Shown in pieces: positions 20,463 to 31,386 of a stretch of 64,000 bases of DNA. A program made the position numbers and the translations under genes. Within the stretch, counting starts at the first letter, position 1; every line of letters begins with the position of its first letter. The stretch covers positions 288,001 to 352,000 of the forward strand of contig CBDCTZ010000005.1 in the NCBI GenBank assembly GCA_965222375.1. The letters run 5' to 3'. Source of the stretch: Polyangiaceae bacterium. GTDB lineage: Bacteria > Myxococcota_A > Polyangia > Polyangiales > Polyangiaceae. The notes under the pieces were generated by a model, which was not told the origin of the DNA, did no database searches, and worked only from the letters and a program-made list of their open reading frames with translations.

Positions 20463-21955
20463 GTGACAGCGCCCTGACCCCAAAGCTGCTGTCGCCAGTT
20501 CGACTGTGCTTTCTGGTGTCCGCCGCACTCTTCGGCCTGCGCGTCTTTCTGGCGCAGCGCGTGGGCTTTGGCGACGCGGAAGCGCTCTACGTCAGCTACG
20601 CGCTCTTTCCTCAGCCCGGATACCTGGATCATCCGGGGCTGGTCGGTTTCGTCATCCGCGCCCTTGGTGGAGGAGGGCTGCCCAGCCCTTATGCCGTTCA
20701 CGTCCTGTCTGCGGTGCTGGCAACTCTGGTCCCTTGGATTGGCGGTTGGGCGGCGAAGCGCGCCGGCGCGGACACCGCGGGAGGGTGCCGGACCATCCTC
20801 GCCCTTGCGCTCGTACCGGAACTCTCCGTCGGCCTCTTCGGCCTCACACCGGATTTGCTCCTGGCGACGTTGTGGCTGCTTTCCTTGGGCATCGCTGCCG
20901 GGCAGATGACTGAGGAGAAGCCGGGGTCCACGAGCCTTCTCGCACTCGGAGTCACGCTAGGGCTTGCACTATTGAGCAAAGTGAGCGGCGGACTCTTGGC
21001 GCTCGCGACGGCCATGGCGATGCTTGCCCGCTCCCAGTTGCGCCGCAATGCAGGCCCCTACTTGGGCGCGGCGCTAGCTGTCGTGATCATCTACCCCTGG
21101 GTGCTATGGGAATGGAGCCAGGGCGCGCCGCTGCTAACCCACCGCCTCGTCGCCACCCAAGCCGAGGCGGGGCCATCCTTGCGCAACTTGGGCGCTCTTA
21201 TCGGCGGCCAATTGCTCTACGTCACTCCGCCTTTCCTGCTCGGCGCGTGGTTGGTGGCGCGACAGCTGTTTCGAACCCGCAAGACGGATCCCGTCGCGCA
21301 TCTGTTGTGGCTGTGCTGCATGGTCCCCGGTGGCTTCCTGGCGCTGTTGTGCTTGTGGTCCAAGGTCGCGGAACCGCATTGGGTCGCGCCCATGTATCTG
21401 TCCCTCGCGGTGCAGCTCGGACGCATGCCTCCCCTGTCACGAGGGATCCGTTTGTCTGCAGCCGCTTTGGGCGCCGTCGCCGTGCTGCTGGCGCTGTTTT
21501 GGGTCGGCACGGACTACCCACCCCGCGTGCTCGGAAAGCACTACCGGCCGCGCTACGATCTGGCCAACGATCTGTACGCTTGGGGCCCGGGCAAACGCTT
21601 GCTGGCGGACGTCGTGCGCCAGACCGCTCTGCAAGCGAAGCAACTGCCGGTCGTGGTCGGCCCTCATTGGATCGTCTGCGCTCAAGCCCAGGTCGCAGTT
21701 GGGCGTAGCGTGCGCGTCGGCTGCAACACACCCATCGTCGACGACTTCGACCGCTGGTACCCGCGAGCCAAGTGGTTGCAGGCGCCGACGGTCCTGTACG
21801 TGCACGACAGCCGTTTCGAGGTCGACCCGGCCCAAGAGCTTCCGGACCGCATCGAAAAAAGTCGGAGCCGAGTGCACCTCCGCCGCGGGGGTCAGATCGT
21901 GCGCACGCTGTGGGTGACGCGTCTGGACCGAAGCGAAGTGCGAGCTAGCAACTGA
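20447..21955 (+). CDS. GT-C membrane glycosyltransferase (ArnT/PMT, family 39/83-like)
   Basis: DAEALY...GYLDHPG, TPD motif, LLSK, many TM helices. Confidence 0.8.
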   Translation: MAEQLSDSALTPKLLSPVRLCFLVSAALFGLRVFLAQRVGFGDAEALYVSYALFPQPGYLDHPGLVGFVIRALGGGGLPSPYAVHVLSAVLATLVPWIGGWAAKRAGADTAGGCRTILALALVPELSVGLFGLTPDLLLATLWLLSLGIAAGQMTEEKPGSTSLLALGVTLGLALLSKVSGGLLALATAMAMLARSQLRRNAGPYLGAALAVVIIYPWVLWEWSQGAPLLTHRLVATQAEAGPSLRNLGALIGGQLLYVTPPFLLGAWLVARQLFRTRKTDPVAHLLWLCCMVPGGFLALLCLWSKVAEPHWVAPMYLSLAVQLGRMPPLSRGIRLSAAALGAVAVLLALFWVGTDYPPRVLGKHYRPRYDLANDLYAWGPGKRLLADVVRQTALQAKQLPVVVGPHWIVCAQAQVAVGRSVRVGCNTPIVDDFDRWYPRAKWLQAPTVLYVHDSRFEVDPAQELPDRIEKSRSRVHLRRGGQIVRTLWVTRLDRSEVRASN

Positions 21956-21974
21956 AACTGAAGCCGCCTGCGCC

Positions 21975-22934
21975 CTACTCAGCAGCGGGCGCTTCTCTGT
22001 GCAGCCCAGCTTCCCGGATCAACGCTTCGTCGGCGTTTTCTCCGGGGTTCGGGGTTGTCAGAAGCGTGTCGCCGTAGAAGATGCTGTTCGCGCCGGCGTA
22101 CAGGCACATCAACTGCGCCTCCCGCGAAAGATCCGTGCGCCCCGCGCTCAACCGGACTCGGGACTTGGGCATCATGATGCGCGCGGTCGCGATCATGCGC
22201 ACCAGCTCCAGTGGCTGCACGGGTGGCAGGTGCTCCAAGGGCGTTCCGGGCACTCGCACCAGAGCGTTGATCGGCACGCTCTCCGGGTGTGGGTCCATGT
22301 TGGCGACTTGCACGAGCAAGCCGCAGCGATCGTCAATGCTCTCACCCATGCCGATGATCCCACCCGTACACACCGTAATGCCTGCGTCCCGAACGTTGCG
22401 CAGGGTGTCCATGCGGTCATCGAACTTGCGGGTCGAGATGATTGACTTGTAGTGCTCGCGGCTGGTGTCCAAGTTGTGGTTGTAGGCGTCTAGGCCGGCA
22501 TCTTTGAGTTGCTTGGCTTGATCGCCGCTCACCATGCCGAGGGTGACACAGGTCTCGAGACCCTCGGCTTTCACCTTACGGACCATTTCCAGGACGCTGT
22601 CGAAGGCGGATCCGGATTTCACCTCGCGCCAGGCCGCCCCCATGCAAAACCGGGTGGCGCCTGCGTCCTTGGCGCGCTTCGCCGCATCGACAACGTCGTC
22701 CACGCTGAGCATCTTCTGCCCCTCGACGGGCGTATCGTAGTGCGCCGATTGTGGACAGTAGGCGCAATCCTCCGGGCAGCCGCCCGTCTTGACGCTAATG
22801 AGGGTGCAGAGCTGGACGCCCCCATCGGGAAAGGACGCGAGGTGTACTTGGCGCGCGCTGTCCAGCAGTTCGAACAGGGGCGTGTCGTGGATCTCTCGCG
22901 CGTCCGTTCGGGTCCAGTCGTGTCGCAGGGCCAT
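21975..22934 (-). CDS. bioB: Biotin synthase
   Basis: [15 protein letters not shown] radical SAM motif, [27 protein letters not shown]. Confidence 0.97.
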   Translation of the reverse strand: MALRHDWTRTDAREIHDTPLFELLDSARQVHLASFPDGGVQLCTLISVKTGGCPEDCAYCPQSAHYDTPVEGQKMLSVDDVVDAAKRAKDAGATRFCMGAAWREVKSGSAFDSVLEMVRKVKAEGLETCVTLGMVSGDQAKQLKDAGLDAYNHNLDTSREHYKSIISTRKFDDRMDTLRNVRDAGITVCTGGIIGMGESIDDRCGLLVQVANMDPHPESVPINALVRVPGTPLEHLPPVQPLELVRMIATARIMMPKSRVRLSAGRTDLSREAQLMCLYAGANSIFYGDTLLTTPNPGENADEALIREAGLHREAPAAE

Positions 22935-23011
22935 GCGGCTTGTTCGCACGATTCGGCGACCGGGTGCAATCCAAAGCCGCGGCGGCCGCTGCGCTCCCAA
23001 GCGGCCGCTGC

Positions 23012-24103
23012 TCAGAAGCCAATCGCGGTGCGGGCGACTTCCCGGTCGACCAAGCCCTCTCGGAGCAGGGATTTCACGCTCATCTCGAAGGTTTGCATGC
23101 CATACATGCCCTGGCCGGATTCCATCAGTTCCTTCAGCGGCGGGTTGCCAACGGGCCGCTTGATGGTCTCACGCACTGAGCCCGTGGCGATGAGCAACTC
23201 CGTCGCCAGGATCATGCCCTGCCCGTCCGCCCGTGGCAGAAGCCGCTGCGCGACCACGCCCTGCAGCGCGTCCCCCAGTCGCTCCCGAACATCTTCGGGA
23301 TCCCCCCGAGTTAGAGCAACCACGCGGTTGACCGTGCGCGCCACGTCCGGCGTGTGAAGCGTGGAAAGCACCAGGTGGCCTGTCTCGGCCGCTTTCAGCG
23401 AAATCTCCATGGTCTCGCTGTCCCGGATCTCGCCCACCTGAATCACATCCGGGTCTTGTCGCAGGCTAGCCCGCAGCGCGTCGGCGAAACTGTCCGTGTC
23501 GATTCCGATTTCGCGCTGGCTGATACTGCAGCGCCCATCTTGGTGCAGGTACTCGATGGGGTCCTCCACCGTGACGATATGCCGCGACATGCCCTCGTTC
23601 ATGTGGGCAACCATCGCCGCAAGGGTCGTGCTCTTGCCGTTGCCCGCTGCTCCGACGCACAGCACGAGCCCACGTTCCTTTTCGGCCAAGTCCGCCACCG
23701 CAGGAGGTGCGCCGAGGGAATCCAGCGGCGGTACTTCGAAGGGGATCGCGCGCATGACCACCGCCAAGGTTCCGCGCTGGCGGTAGATGTTGACTCGGAA
23801 TCTCCCGATGCCAGGGGCAGCGTAGGAAGTATCGTATTCGTTGAAGCCCTTGAGATCGCCGCGGATTGCCGGATCTTTGATCAAGTGCCGGGCCACCGCC
23901 TCGGTGTCTTGGGGCCGGATCTTGTCGACGCGGAAGTAGACGATGCCACCCCGAACCCGCGCCCCGGGTGGTTGACCCACCTTGAGATGCACGTCCCGGG
24001 CCCCTGCAGCGATGGCCTTCTGCAACAGCTGATGCAGATACGCTTCCGCTGAATACGGGTTCGACCCACCTCCTGGCGCCAGGCTTACCACCGCGGGCAG
24101 CAT
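23012..24103 (-). CDS. PilT/PilU family type IV pilus ATPase paralogue
   Basis: RFRVNIY, Gxx[48 protein letters not shown]. Confidence 0.9.
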   Translation of the reverse strand: MLPAVVSLAPGGGSNPYSAEAYLHQLLQKAIAAGARDVHLKVGQPPGARVRGGIVYFRVDKIRPQDTEAVARHLIKDPAIRGDLKGFNEYDTSYAAPGIGRFRVNIYRQRGTLAVVMRAIPFEVPPLDSLGAPPAVADLAEKERGLVLCVGAAGNGKSTTLAAMVAHMNEGMSRHIVTVEDPIEYLHQDGRCSISQREIGIDTDSFADALRASLRQDPDVIQVGEIRDSETMEISLKAAETGHLVLSTLHTPDVARTVNRVVALTRGDPEDVRERLGDALQGVVAQRLLPRADGQGMILATELLIATGSVRETIKRPVGNPPLKELMESGQGMYGMQTFEMSVKSLLREGLVDREVARTAIGF

Positions 24104-24176
24104 ACTCGGCGCGCCTGCAGTAGCGGAAGCCCCTGATTTTTCCCCGGCACTTTGCGCTCGAAACGCCGGGATCGAG

Positions 24177-24743
24177 TCAAGGCAGTTGTGCAAGTTGCGC
24201 GACGACTGCGTCAGCCATGTCGCGCTGCTCATCCGTGGCACGCGGGGCAGCGAGGGACGGCAGGATCTCTCGACACGAGCGCACGCCTTCCGCGCCGATG
24301 CGCTCTGTATCCGGCGACACGCCTTCGGCGATACCGAGCAGCGCCGCAAGGACAGCGTCGAGGGCATTCCCCGACACCCGCTTCGTCATTGCACACAGCG
24401 GCCCCAGAGCGAGTTCCCCGTCCGGTGCGTAGGCAAGCGCGCGGAGCGCGACGTTACCGACGCCTCCCCCGAGACGGACTCCTTCCAATAGACCCGTCGT
24501 GCCCTCCACCTCCGCGAGTCGCGCCAGCGCGATCGGGTCCAAGTTTGTTGCCCGCTGCCAGATGGCGTCACCTTGCATCCGCCCAGGCTTGGACGGCTGA
24601 GAACTCTCGAAGCTCAAGCTCTCGGCGGCGCCAGCGCTCGGAGCGGGCTGGGACGGGCCGTTGGATGCGGCGGCGCCAGAGCCCGATCGCCCGGCGCCTG
24701 CACAGGCGGCGGCCAAGACAACCAAGGGTAGCGTGACCTTCAC
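24177..24743 (-). CDS. Hypothetical lipoprotein, alpha-helical
   Basis: Lipobox LAAAC; fills the gap upstream of the PilT paralogue; start uncertain. Confidence 0.55.
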   Translation of the reverse strand: MKVTLPLVVLAAACAGAGRSGSGAAASNGPSQPAPSAGAAESLSFESSQPSKPGRMQGDAIWQRATNLDPIALARLAEVEGTTGLLEGVRLGGGVGNVALRALAYAPDGELALGPLCAMTKRVSGNALDAVLAALLGIAEGVSPDTERIGAEGVRSCREILPSLAAPRATDEQRDMADAVVAQLAQLP

Positions 24744-24832
24744 CACGCGCAGGCTAGCGGCATTGGTCCAAGATCCGTGCGTCTTTTTGTCCCGCCCGGG
24801 CACGACCACTCACAACGCCCTATGGTTGACCC

Positions 24833-27012
24833 ATGACGACGAAGGTGACGTATTGCCGGATCTGCGAAGCCGCCTGCGGCCTGGTCGCCGAACTCGAGGC
24901 GGAGCAAATCACAGCCCTAAGACCGGATCCGCATCACGTGGTCTCAAAGGGCTTCGCGTGCGCCAAGGGCACTCGCTTTCTAGAAGTCCATCGCGGCCCG
25001 GGGCGGGTCAATCATCCGCTGCGGCGGCAAGGGGGCGAACTGAAACGGACGACCTGGCGCGCCGCCAATGCAGACATCGGCTCTCGCCTGCGCCGAATCA
25101 TCGACGAACACGGCCCCCACGCCGTCGCCGTGTACATCGGAAACCCCGCAGCCTTTTCCTACACGTTGCCGGTCTACGGCATGGCCTTCGTACAAGCCCT
25201 CGGCACTCGCAACTACTTTTCTGCGGGCTCTTTGGACTGCAACAACAAGTTCTTCGTGGCGAAGAAGATGCTCGGCTCGGCGGGCACGCAGCCCGTGCCC
25301 GATCTCGACCGGGCACGATTCGCGCTTCTGGTCGGGACCAATCCCTCCGTCAGTCAAAGCTCCTTTGTGAACGCGCCACGAATGGTGGAGCGCCTGACGG
25401 CGATCCAAGAGCGAGGCGGCCGAGTGATGGTTGTTGACCCACGCCGCACGGAAACAGCCCGCATGGTAGGTGAGCACGTGCCGATCCGCCCGGACACGGA
25501 CGCGGCCTTCCTACTCGGGCTACTGCACGTCATATTGCGGGAAAAGCTGCACGTGCAGCACGTGGTCGACGCCCGCGCGATTGGCTTCGAGCAGCTAGGC
25601 GCGGCGGTGGAGCCCTTTTCGCCTGACCGAGTCGCGAAGCTGGCGTACCCGCGCAGACTCTGCTGGACGTCGCACGTAGTTTTGCCCAGGCCCGAGGCGC
25701 GTTCTGCCACGTATCCACCGGTGTCAATCAAGGTCGCTTCGGCAACATCGCTTACGCCGCCAAGATCGCCCTCGAGCTATGCACCGACAACTTGGATCGC
25801 ACGGGCGGTGCACTCGTGGTCCGAGGGGCGGCGGATACGGCTGGGCTGGCGCGGTTGATCGGATTGGACCGAGAGCCGCCCCATCGCAGCCGCATCGGCG
25901 GGTTCTCACCCGTGCTCGGCACACTGCCCACACCTATCCTCGCCGACGAGATCCTGACCCCGGGCCCGGGCCAGGTGCGGGCGTTGATCTGCATCGCCGG
26001 CAACCCGGTACTGTCTGCGCCCAACAGCGCACAACTGCAGCGAGCCCTGCAGCAACTCGAACTGCACGTGAACATCGACTTGTTCGTGAGCGATACGGGT
26101 GCCCATGCCACCCACGTGCTTCCCGCAGCGGACTTCCTCGAGCGAGAAGACTTCCCGCTGGCTCAGCTTCAGCTCCAGCCCAACCCCTACGTGCAGTGGA
26201 CGGATGCGGTCGTCACCCCGCACCGCGATCGCTTACCGGAATGGAAAATCCTGCTGGATCTGGCCAAGGCGGCCAAGTTGCCCATGTTCGGCAGTCGCGC
26301 GGCAGATGTCGCTCTTCGCTTGGCCCTCAGAGCCCGCGGCCCCCGAGGCCTGGCACTACCTCTGCTCGCTACTTCGTTGGGACCACGCCCCTTGCGCGCG
26401 CTGCGGCGCTCTCCTCACGGAATCGACTTGAGCGACCGCGAACGTCCCGGCCGCTATCTGAAGTCTCGACGGCGACAACCCGTCCCCCTCGCTGACAGCG
26501 AGGTGTGGGCGCGGCTCCACGAGTTGACAGCCGAACTGGACGGCGGGCGACATGCGCTTCGCCTGATCTCACGTCGCGAGCGCTTGGGTCACAACTCCTG
26601 GATGCATGACAATCCGCGCCTGTCTTTGCCGGAGCAGCGAGCGTACTTCTCGACGGAGGACGCGAGCCGGCTCGGCATCAAGGAAGGCAGTCGGGTCGTC
26701 CTTTCGGCAAACGGCGGCAGGGTCGAGTTGATCGCAGCCCTGGACCCGGACTTGGTCGAAGGTGCCGTGGCCGTGACTCATGGCTACGGGCACGTCGCGG
26801 GCTCGAGCTGGCAAACAGCGCGCTCGCGAGGCGGCTGCAACGTCAACCTGCTCGCGGCCTCGGGCCCGGACGCCCTCGACCCGCACAGCGGCATGGCGCG
26901 GCTGGTTGGCATCCAAGTAAAGGCCGAGGTTTTGCCGGAAAAGTCCCATGCGCCCAGCGCGCAACGCAGGGCTCCGGCGCCAAGGGCCGAGACCGAAAAA
27001 GCCGATGTGTGA
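24833..27012 (+). pseudogene. Molybdopterin oxidoreductase (4Fe-4S, DMSO reductase superfamily), frameshifted near 25640
   Basis: N-terminal CRICEAACG...CAKG; family-like sequence continues in another frame after about 25640 (GVPAQTL...STGVNQGRFG...GNPVLSAPN...HVLPAADFLE) to a C-terminal dinucleotide-binding domain. Confidence 0.85.
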
Positions 27013-27060
27013 AGGAGCCTTGCTCCATCACCCTGCTTTGCGCTAATTGTCCCGGCCCTC

Positions 27061-27133
27061 GTCCGGGTAGCTCAGTCGGTAGAGCAGTGGATTGAAAATC
27101 CACGTGTCGGCGGTTCGATTCCGTCCCCGGACA
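27061..27133 (+). tRNA. tRNA-Phe(GAA)
   Basis: Acceptor GTCCGGG/CCCGGAC, D arm GCTCAGTCGGTAGAGC, anticodon arm GTGGA-TTGAAAA-TCCAC, T loop GGTTCGATTCC; followed by CCG, so CCA is not fully encoded. Confidence 0.97.
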
Positions 27134-27179
27134 CCGCGCTTGTCTTACTCCTAGGACTTCGCAGCCCTGCCCCGATCTC

Positions 27180-28403
27180 TCATAGATCCGGTTCGCACTC
27201 TTTGAGGGATTTCGAGTAGCGGTTGGGCGCCGGCCCAGTCGGCGACTCGTCCACGAAGAAATTGCCGAAGAAATACTGCTGCTTGGTTGCAGCGCTCTTC
27301 GAGTGGGACGTGCAGTTGTCGTAGAACCAGGCGCCCACTTCCGGCCGGCCCCGCACCACGAAGGAACGGGAAATCCCCGCGACGATCGTGTTGTGGTGCA
27401 CCTCGAAGCGCTTGCCGGCCAAGGGATTGCCGTCGCTGGTTTGCTCGTTGTAGCCGTGCACGTCGAACACCCAGCCGATGTTGTTCTCGAGCACCAGGTT
27501 GTAGCGCGCCTCGTACTCGTGGGGCGGATCCCCAGACGAAGCTACGGCGTGGCGGAAGTAATCGAAGCGGTTGCCTTCGATGACAACGGTGGTCTTGCCC
27601 GCACTCAAGAGTACGCCGTAGCCAATCCCCTCGCGCTGGGTGTGGTGGATGAAGTTGTGATGGACGTGGTTGTCCACGGATCCCCGAACCCTCACTCCAG
27701 CTAGGCCGAAGGAACTGATCTCGCAGTTGTCCACCTCGAGGCGGTCGTAGCCGTCCGCCCGAATCCCTTGGTCGAAGGGCATGCAGTCGCGGCAGTTGAT
27801 TCCGCCAGTCTTGTCCTTGCCGGTGCAGGTACCTGCCGCGTGTTGAGGTGGACACTGATCTGGATGCGCGCCCTCCAATTGGATCCCGGTGATGCGCACG
27901 CCATCGCCGCAGATCTCCAGCACCGGCGTGGAGACAATTTCCGTGACGTACAGCCGCCCTCCCGAAGAGCCTGCCGCGCCCCGGCCGCTGGCCAGGGTCA
28001 CCCCTGCGGGGATGCACAACTTCCGGCCCGTGAGATCGATGTTCGCCGCGTCATCGACATAGACCACGTCGCCCGAGGCCGCCTGGCTCAACGCCTGCTG
28101 CAAGTCCTCTGCGCTGGAGACGGTGAAGTCAGCGCACTCGGCGCGGACGGGGTCAGGGTAGCCCGGTCCGCCGCCGTAGCGCCACGGGCCGGACCAAGGC
28201 GGATCGCCCGGCGGGTTGCGCTGGCCACAGGGGATGGGCGCGGCATCCACAGCGGCATCGCTTCCGCTCGCGTCAGGCAGCCCTGCGTCCGCGGCGGACC
28301 CATCGGCCTTGCCGGCGTCTCTTCCCGGCGCGACGCCGTCACTGTCCGACGAGCATCCAGGCGCGACCAGCAACAGCACGAAGAAGAGTAAACGCCTCGA
28401 CAA
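27180..28403 (-). CDS. Right-handed parallel beta-helix (pectate lyase-like fold) lipoprotein
   Basis: Lipobox APGC-SSD; repeats such as LEVDNCEISSF, NHVHHNFIHH, VIEGNRFDY, YEARYNLV, FEVHHNTI; start uncertain. Confidence 0.75.
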   Translation of the reverse strand: MSRRLLFFVLLLVAPGCSSDSDGVAPGRDAGKADGSAADAGLPDASGSDAAVDAAPIPCGQRNPPGDPPWSGPWRYGGGPGYPDPVRAECADFTVSSAEDLQQALSQAASGDVVYVDDAANIDLTGRKLCIPAGVTLASGRGAAGSSGGRLYVTEIVSTPVLEICGDGVRITGIQLEGAHPDQCPPQHAAGTCTGKDKTGGINCRDCMPFDQGIRADGYDRLEVDNCEISSFGLAGVRVRGSVDNHVHHNFIHHTQREGIGYGVLLSAGKTTVVIEGNRFDYFRHAVASSGDPPHEYEARYNLVLENNIGWVFDVHGYNEQTSDGNPLAGKRFEVHHNTIVAGISRSFVVRGRPEVGAWFYDNCTSHSKSAATKQQYFFGNFFVDESPTGPAPNRYSKSLKECEPDL

Positions 28404-28557
28404 GCTTTCAACTATTGCCCCCACTGGGTGCGAAGACAAGGCGGAAACCAAGGAGCCGCCCGGGACGATTCGCCGGGGATGTGAAAGACCGCTGAAGGGA
28501 GTAATCTCCGCGGCCCGGCGCCCACGGCGCGTGCGGTCTTCTTTTCGAGAGCCTCCG

Positions 28558-31155
28558 GTGAAACCCTTGCTACGCAAGCTCCTGCAGCGCTTCGCCCCCG
28601 TGTTGGTCGCACTGGCGCTCGTGGCTGCCGTCGTCGCCTACACCTTGGTGGCCCGTCGCGATCTGGCCGAGCCCATCGAACTACCCATCGTCGGAGACGG
28701 CGTGAGCCTGTCGCGACTGGCAAAGGACACCGCCGCCCCGGGCTCCGCGGCGCACGGCCAAAGCGATGACTGGATCCTCGAGACCCGAGGCGTCCGGGTG
28801 GTGGTCGGTGCGGATGCACCGGGTGCCGAACGCGCGCTCCGCCACGGCGCCATCCTGGACGTTGCGCGCCTCGACATGAGCGAAGACGTGCTGATTGGCC
28901 TCACCCCAGCTCTGGAGATCCAGGGCGCCGCTGTCGGGGTCGTTCCGAAACGCGTCGCGCCTGCAATCAATGGCAAGCGCCCCGTGCTCGTTTTGACTCA
29001 CGAGAGCACCGACAGCTCCCTGAGCCTCGAAACGACCCTTTCCGTGCGTCAGGGCTCGTCGGCGCTTCAGCTGGTCACCCGCGTCAAGAACGTCTCCAAG
29101 AAGACCCAGCGCGCAGTTGCGGTCGGGGACGCGGCAAGTTGGCCCGGCGCCATGACCTTTGCGCCCCGGCTCGGCTTCGTAGAGGGACCATCTCGAGCGC
29201 GGGTGCCGTGGATCGCGCGCCGGGGCGCGAGCCTCTCTCTTGCCTTGTCCTATCCGGAGGGCGCGGACGTGGAGTTTCGATTCGATCGGATCGGGCCCAC
29301 CGAACAGCGCGCACTGACTCGGGCCACGGACCTCGCGCCCGGGGCCTACTTCGAAGTGAAGCGCACGCTGCACGTCACCCGTGGCGGGTTGGCTGCTGCG
29401 GCAAGTGCAGCTTGGCGTAGCGCCGAACGACCCACTCGCACTGTTCGAGGCAAGCTGCTGCCCGTACCGGATTGGGCCACCGTCGAGGCGCGTCACCCGG
29501 ACGGCAAGGTGGTGCTGAGCGTGCGCGCCGAGCGCGATGGGCGTTACGCCCTGCCCCTTCCCCCAGGCAGCTACGAGCTCTTGCTCCGCGCACCTGGAGG
29601 TGAAGACACCGCCAACTTGCAGCTCGAAGCGGGCAAGACTCCCGTCGACGTCAAGCTCATCGCCCCGGAGCCGGGCCAACTTCGCTTCAGCGTAGTGGAC
29701 GAAGCTCAGCGCCCCCTGCCCGCGCGCTGGACGGTCTCTGGGATCCCGCCCACCAAGACACCCTCCTTCGGGCCCGCGGAACGCGCCGAAGGCGCCGGCC
29801 GGGCCGGCTATACCCTGACCGGCGAGGGCCGGGTGCAGCTGCCTCCAGGCAAATACAGCATCGTGTTTTCCCAGGGGCCCGAGCGCGCGTTGTGGGAAAG
29901 CTTGATCGACGTGTCCCAGGACAAAGGCGCCACCGTTCGCGCCGAACTCCCGCGCAAAGTCGAAACGCCGGGCTGGATCGCCGGGGACTTCCATTTGCAC
30001 GCAGCACCTAGCCACGATTCGTCCATCACCCTGGAAGACCGCGTGGTTTCTCTGATCGCATCCGGCGTCGAGGTGGCGGTGCCCACGGATCACAACCACA
30101 CCACCGACTACGCACCTTCCGTCGCAACCCTCGGCGCCCAGTCGCGCATTTTCTCCATGCCCGGCGTGGAGATGACGACCCAGACCTTCGGCCATTTCAA
30201 CGCCTACCCCTACCCCCTCGATCAATCGCTGCCAAAGCTCGGCGAGCTCTCGCCCATGGGGCTGTTCACGAAGCTGCGCGAGCTGGCCCCCGGCGCGCTG
30301 ATTCAGGTCAATCATCCGCGCATGGGCGGCATTGGCTACTTCAACGCGGGCAAGCTCGACCCAAACGTCGCCGAGTTCGCCCGCGACGGCTTCAGCCTCG
30401 ACTTCGACGTGATCGAAGTCGTCAATGGTTTCGAGCTGGGCCAGCCCGAAGTCATGGAGCGAAATCTGCTGGAGTGGTTTTCTTTGCTCAACGCCGGTCG
30501 GCGCTACACCGCCGTCGGCAACTCCGACTCGCACTGGCTCAGTCGGGAGTTCGTGGGCTACCCCCGCACGTATCTGCGGGTTGCCAGCGACGATCCCAAA
30601 GCCATCAAGCCGCAAGAAGTGGTCGCTGCGCTGAAATCCGGCCGCGCCTTCGTCACCAACGGCCCCTTCCTGGACGTCTCCGTCGGCGAGGCGGGGCCCG
30701 GGGATCTGGCACAGGCGGTTGAGGGACAGGTCACCCTCTCGGTCAAGGTCCGCGCGCCCGCGTGGGTAGATGTCACCCGCGCCGAAGCCTGGGTGAATGG
30801 CGTTCGCGCAGGGATCGCAACCGCCATCCCGGACGCAAATGGAGATCTGCGCCTGGTCTGGCAAACGGATCTCGAACTCGAGCGCGACTCGTGGATCGTC
30901 GTGGTCGTGCACGGCGATCATAACCTCGACGTCGTGCTGCCCAAAGTCGGGGCCAAGCCCTTTGCCTTCACGAATCCGATTTGGATCGATGCGGACGGTG
31001 ACGGCAGCTACGACGCAGGTATCGACGCAGGCGACGGGGGCGCTGAAGCTGGATCGGCAGAAGCTAGCGCAGGCGAAACCGGCACGAGCGAAAACGCGAG
31101 GGACGCAGATGCCTCGCCGACACCCACAGCAGCCGAAGCGGGCGCAGACCGTTGA
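28558..31155 (+). CDS. CehA/McbA-family (PHP-type) metallohydrolase with N-terminal beta domains
   Basis: WIAGDFHLH...DS, PTDHN, GVE...GHFNAYP, QVNHPR, GNSDSH, GYPRTY, VTNGP, FTNPIW. Confidence 0.85.
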   Translation: MKPLLRKLLQRFAPVLVALALVAAVVAYTLVARRDLAEPIELPIVGDGVSLSRLAKDTAAPGSAAHGQSDDWILETRGVRVVVGADAPGAERALRHGAILDVARLDMSEDVLIGLTPALEIQGAAVGVVPKRVAPAINGKRPVLVLTHESTDSSLSLETTLSVRQGSSALQLVTRVKNVSKKTQRAVAVGDAASWPGAMTFAPRLGFVEGPSRARVPWIARRGASLSLALSYPEGADVEFRFDRIGPTEQRALTRATDLAPGAYFEVKRTLHVTRGGLAAAASAAWRSAERPTRTVRGKLLPVPDWATVEARHPDGKVVLSVRAERDGRYALPLPPGSYELLLRAPGGEDTANLQLEAGKTPVDVKLIAPEPGQLRFSVVDEAQRPLPARWTVSGIPPTKTPSFGPAERAEGAGRAGYTLTGEGRVQLPPGKYSIVFSQGPERALWESLIDVSQDKGATVRAELPRKVETPGWIAGDFHLHAAPSHDSSITLEDRVVSLIASGVEVAVPTDHNHTTDYAPSVATLGAQSRIFSMPGVEMTTQTFGHFNAYPYPLDQSLPKLGELSPMGLFTKLRELAPGALIQVNHPRMGGIGYFNAGKLDPNVAEFARDGFSLDFDVIEVVNGFELGQPEVMERNLLEWFSLLNAGRRYTAVGNSDSHWLSREFVGYPRTYLRVASDDPKAIKPQEVVAALKSGRAFVTNGPFLDVSVGEAGPGDLAQAVEGQVTLSVKVRAPAWVDVTRAEAWVNGVRAGIATAIPDANGDLRLVWQTDLELERDSWIVVVVHGDHNLDVVLPKVGAKPFAFTNPIWIDADGDGSYDAGIDAGDGGAEAGSAEASAGETGTSENARDADASPTPTAAEAGADR

Positions 31156-31158
31156 GCC

Positions 31159-31381
31159 TTGGGTTTGGGGTCGACGCGCTTGTGACGCGCTTCGCGGTGC
31201 CCGCAGGGGCAACACCCGAAGGGGTGAGCCCTGGGGCGTCGCAGCTGCGCTAATCCCGCGCGCTAGCTCGCGGCTGCAGTGGTGACGCGGGGCCCGCGCG
31301 CGGCGACGCGGCGGCGGGCCAGCTCGCACCAGCTCGAGAATAGGGACCTAGGGCGCCCCAGCCCTCGACCCCAAAACCCAA
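31159..31381. repeat. 223-bp structured intergenic element with terminal inverted repeats (MITE/REP-like)
   Basis: TTGGGTTTGGGGTCGA (31159-31174) versus TCGACCCCAAAACCCAA (31365-31381); inner IR CTGGGGCG/CGCCCCAG; several short hairpins. Confidence 0.65.
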
Positions 31382-31386
31382 AAGTC

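Noticed and set aside
27061..27200. tRNA-Phe as an integration site
   Set aside because: No integrase, no duplicated tRNA 3' end and no evident compositional shift in the window
28681..31329. 882-aa minus-strand ORF
   Set aside because: Antisense shadow of the CehA/McbA gene; high GC3 suppresses stops on the opposite strand; no motifs
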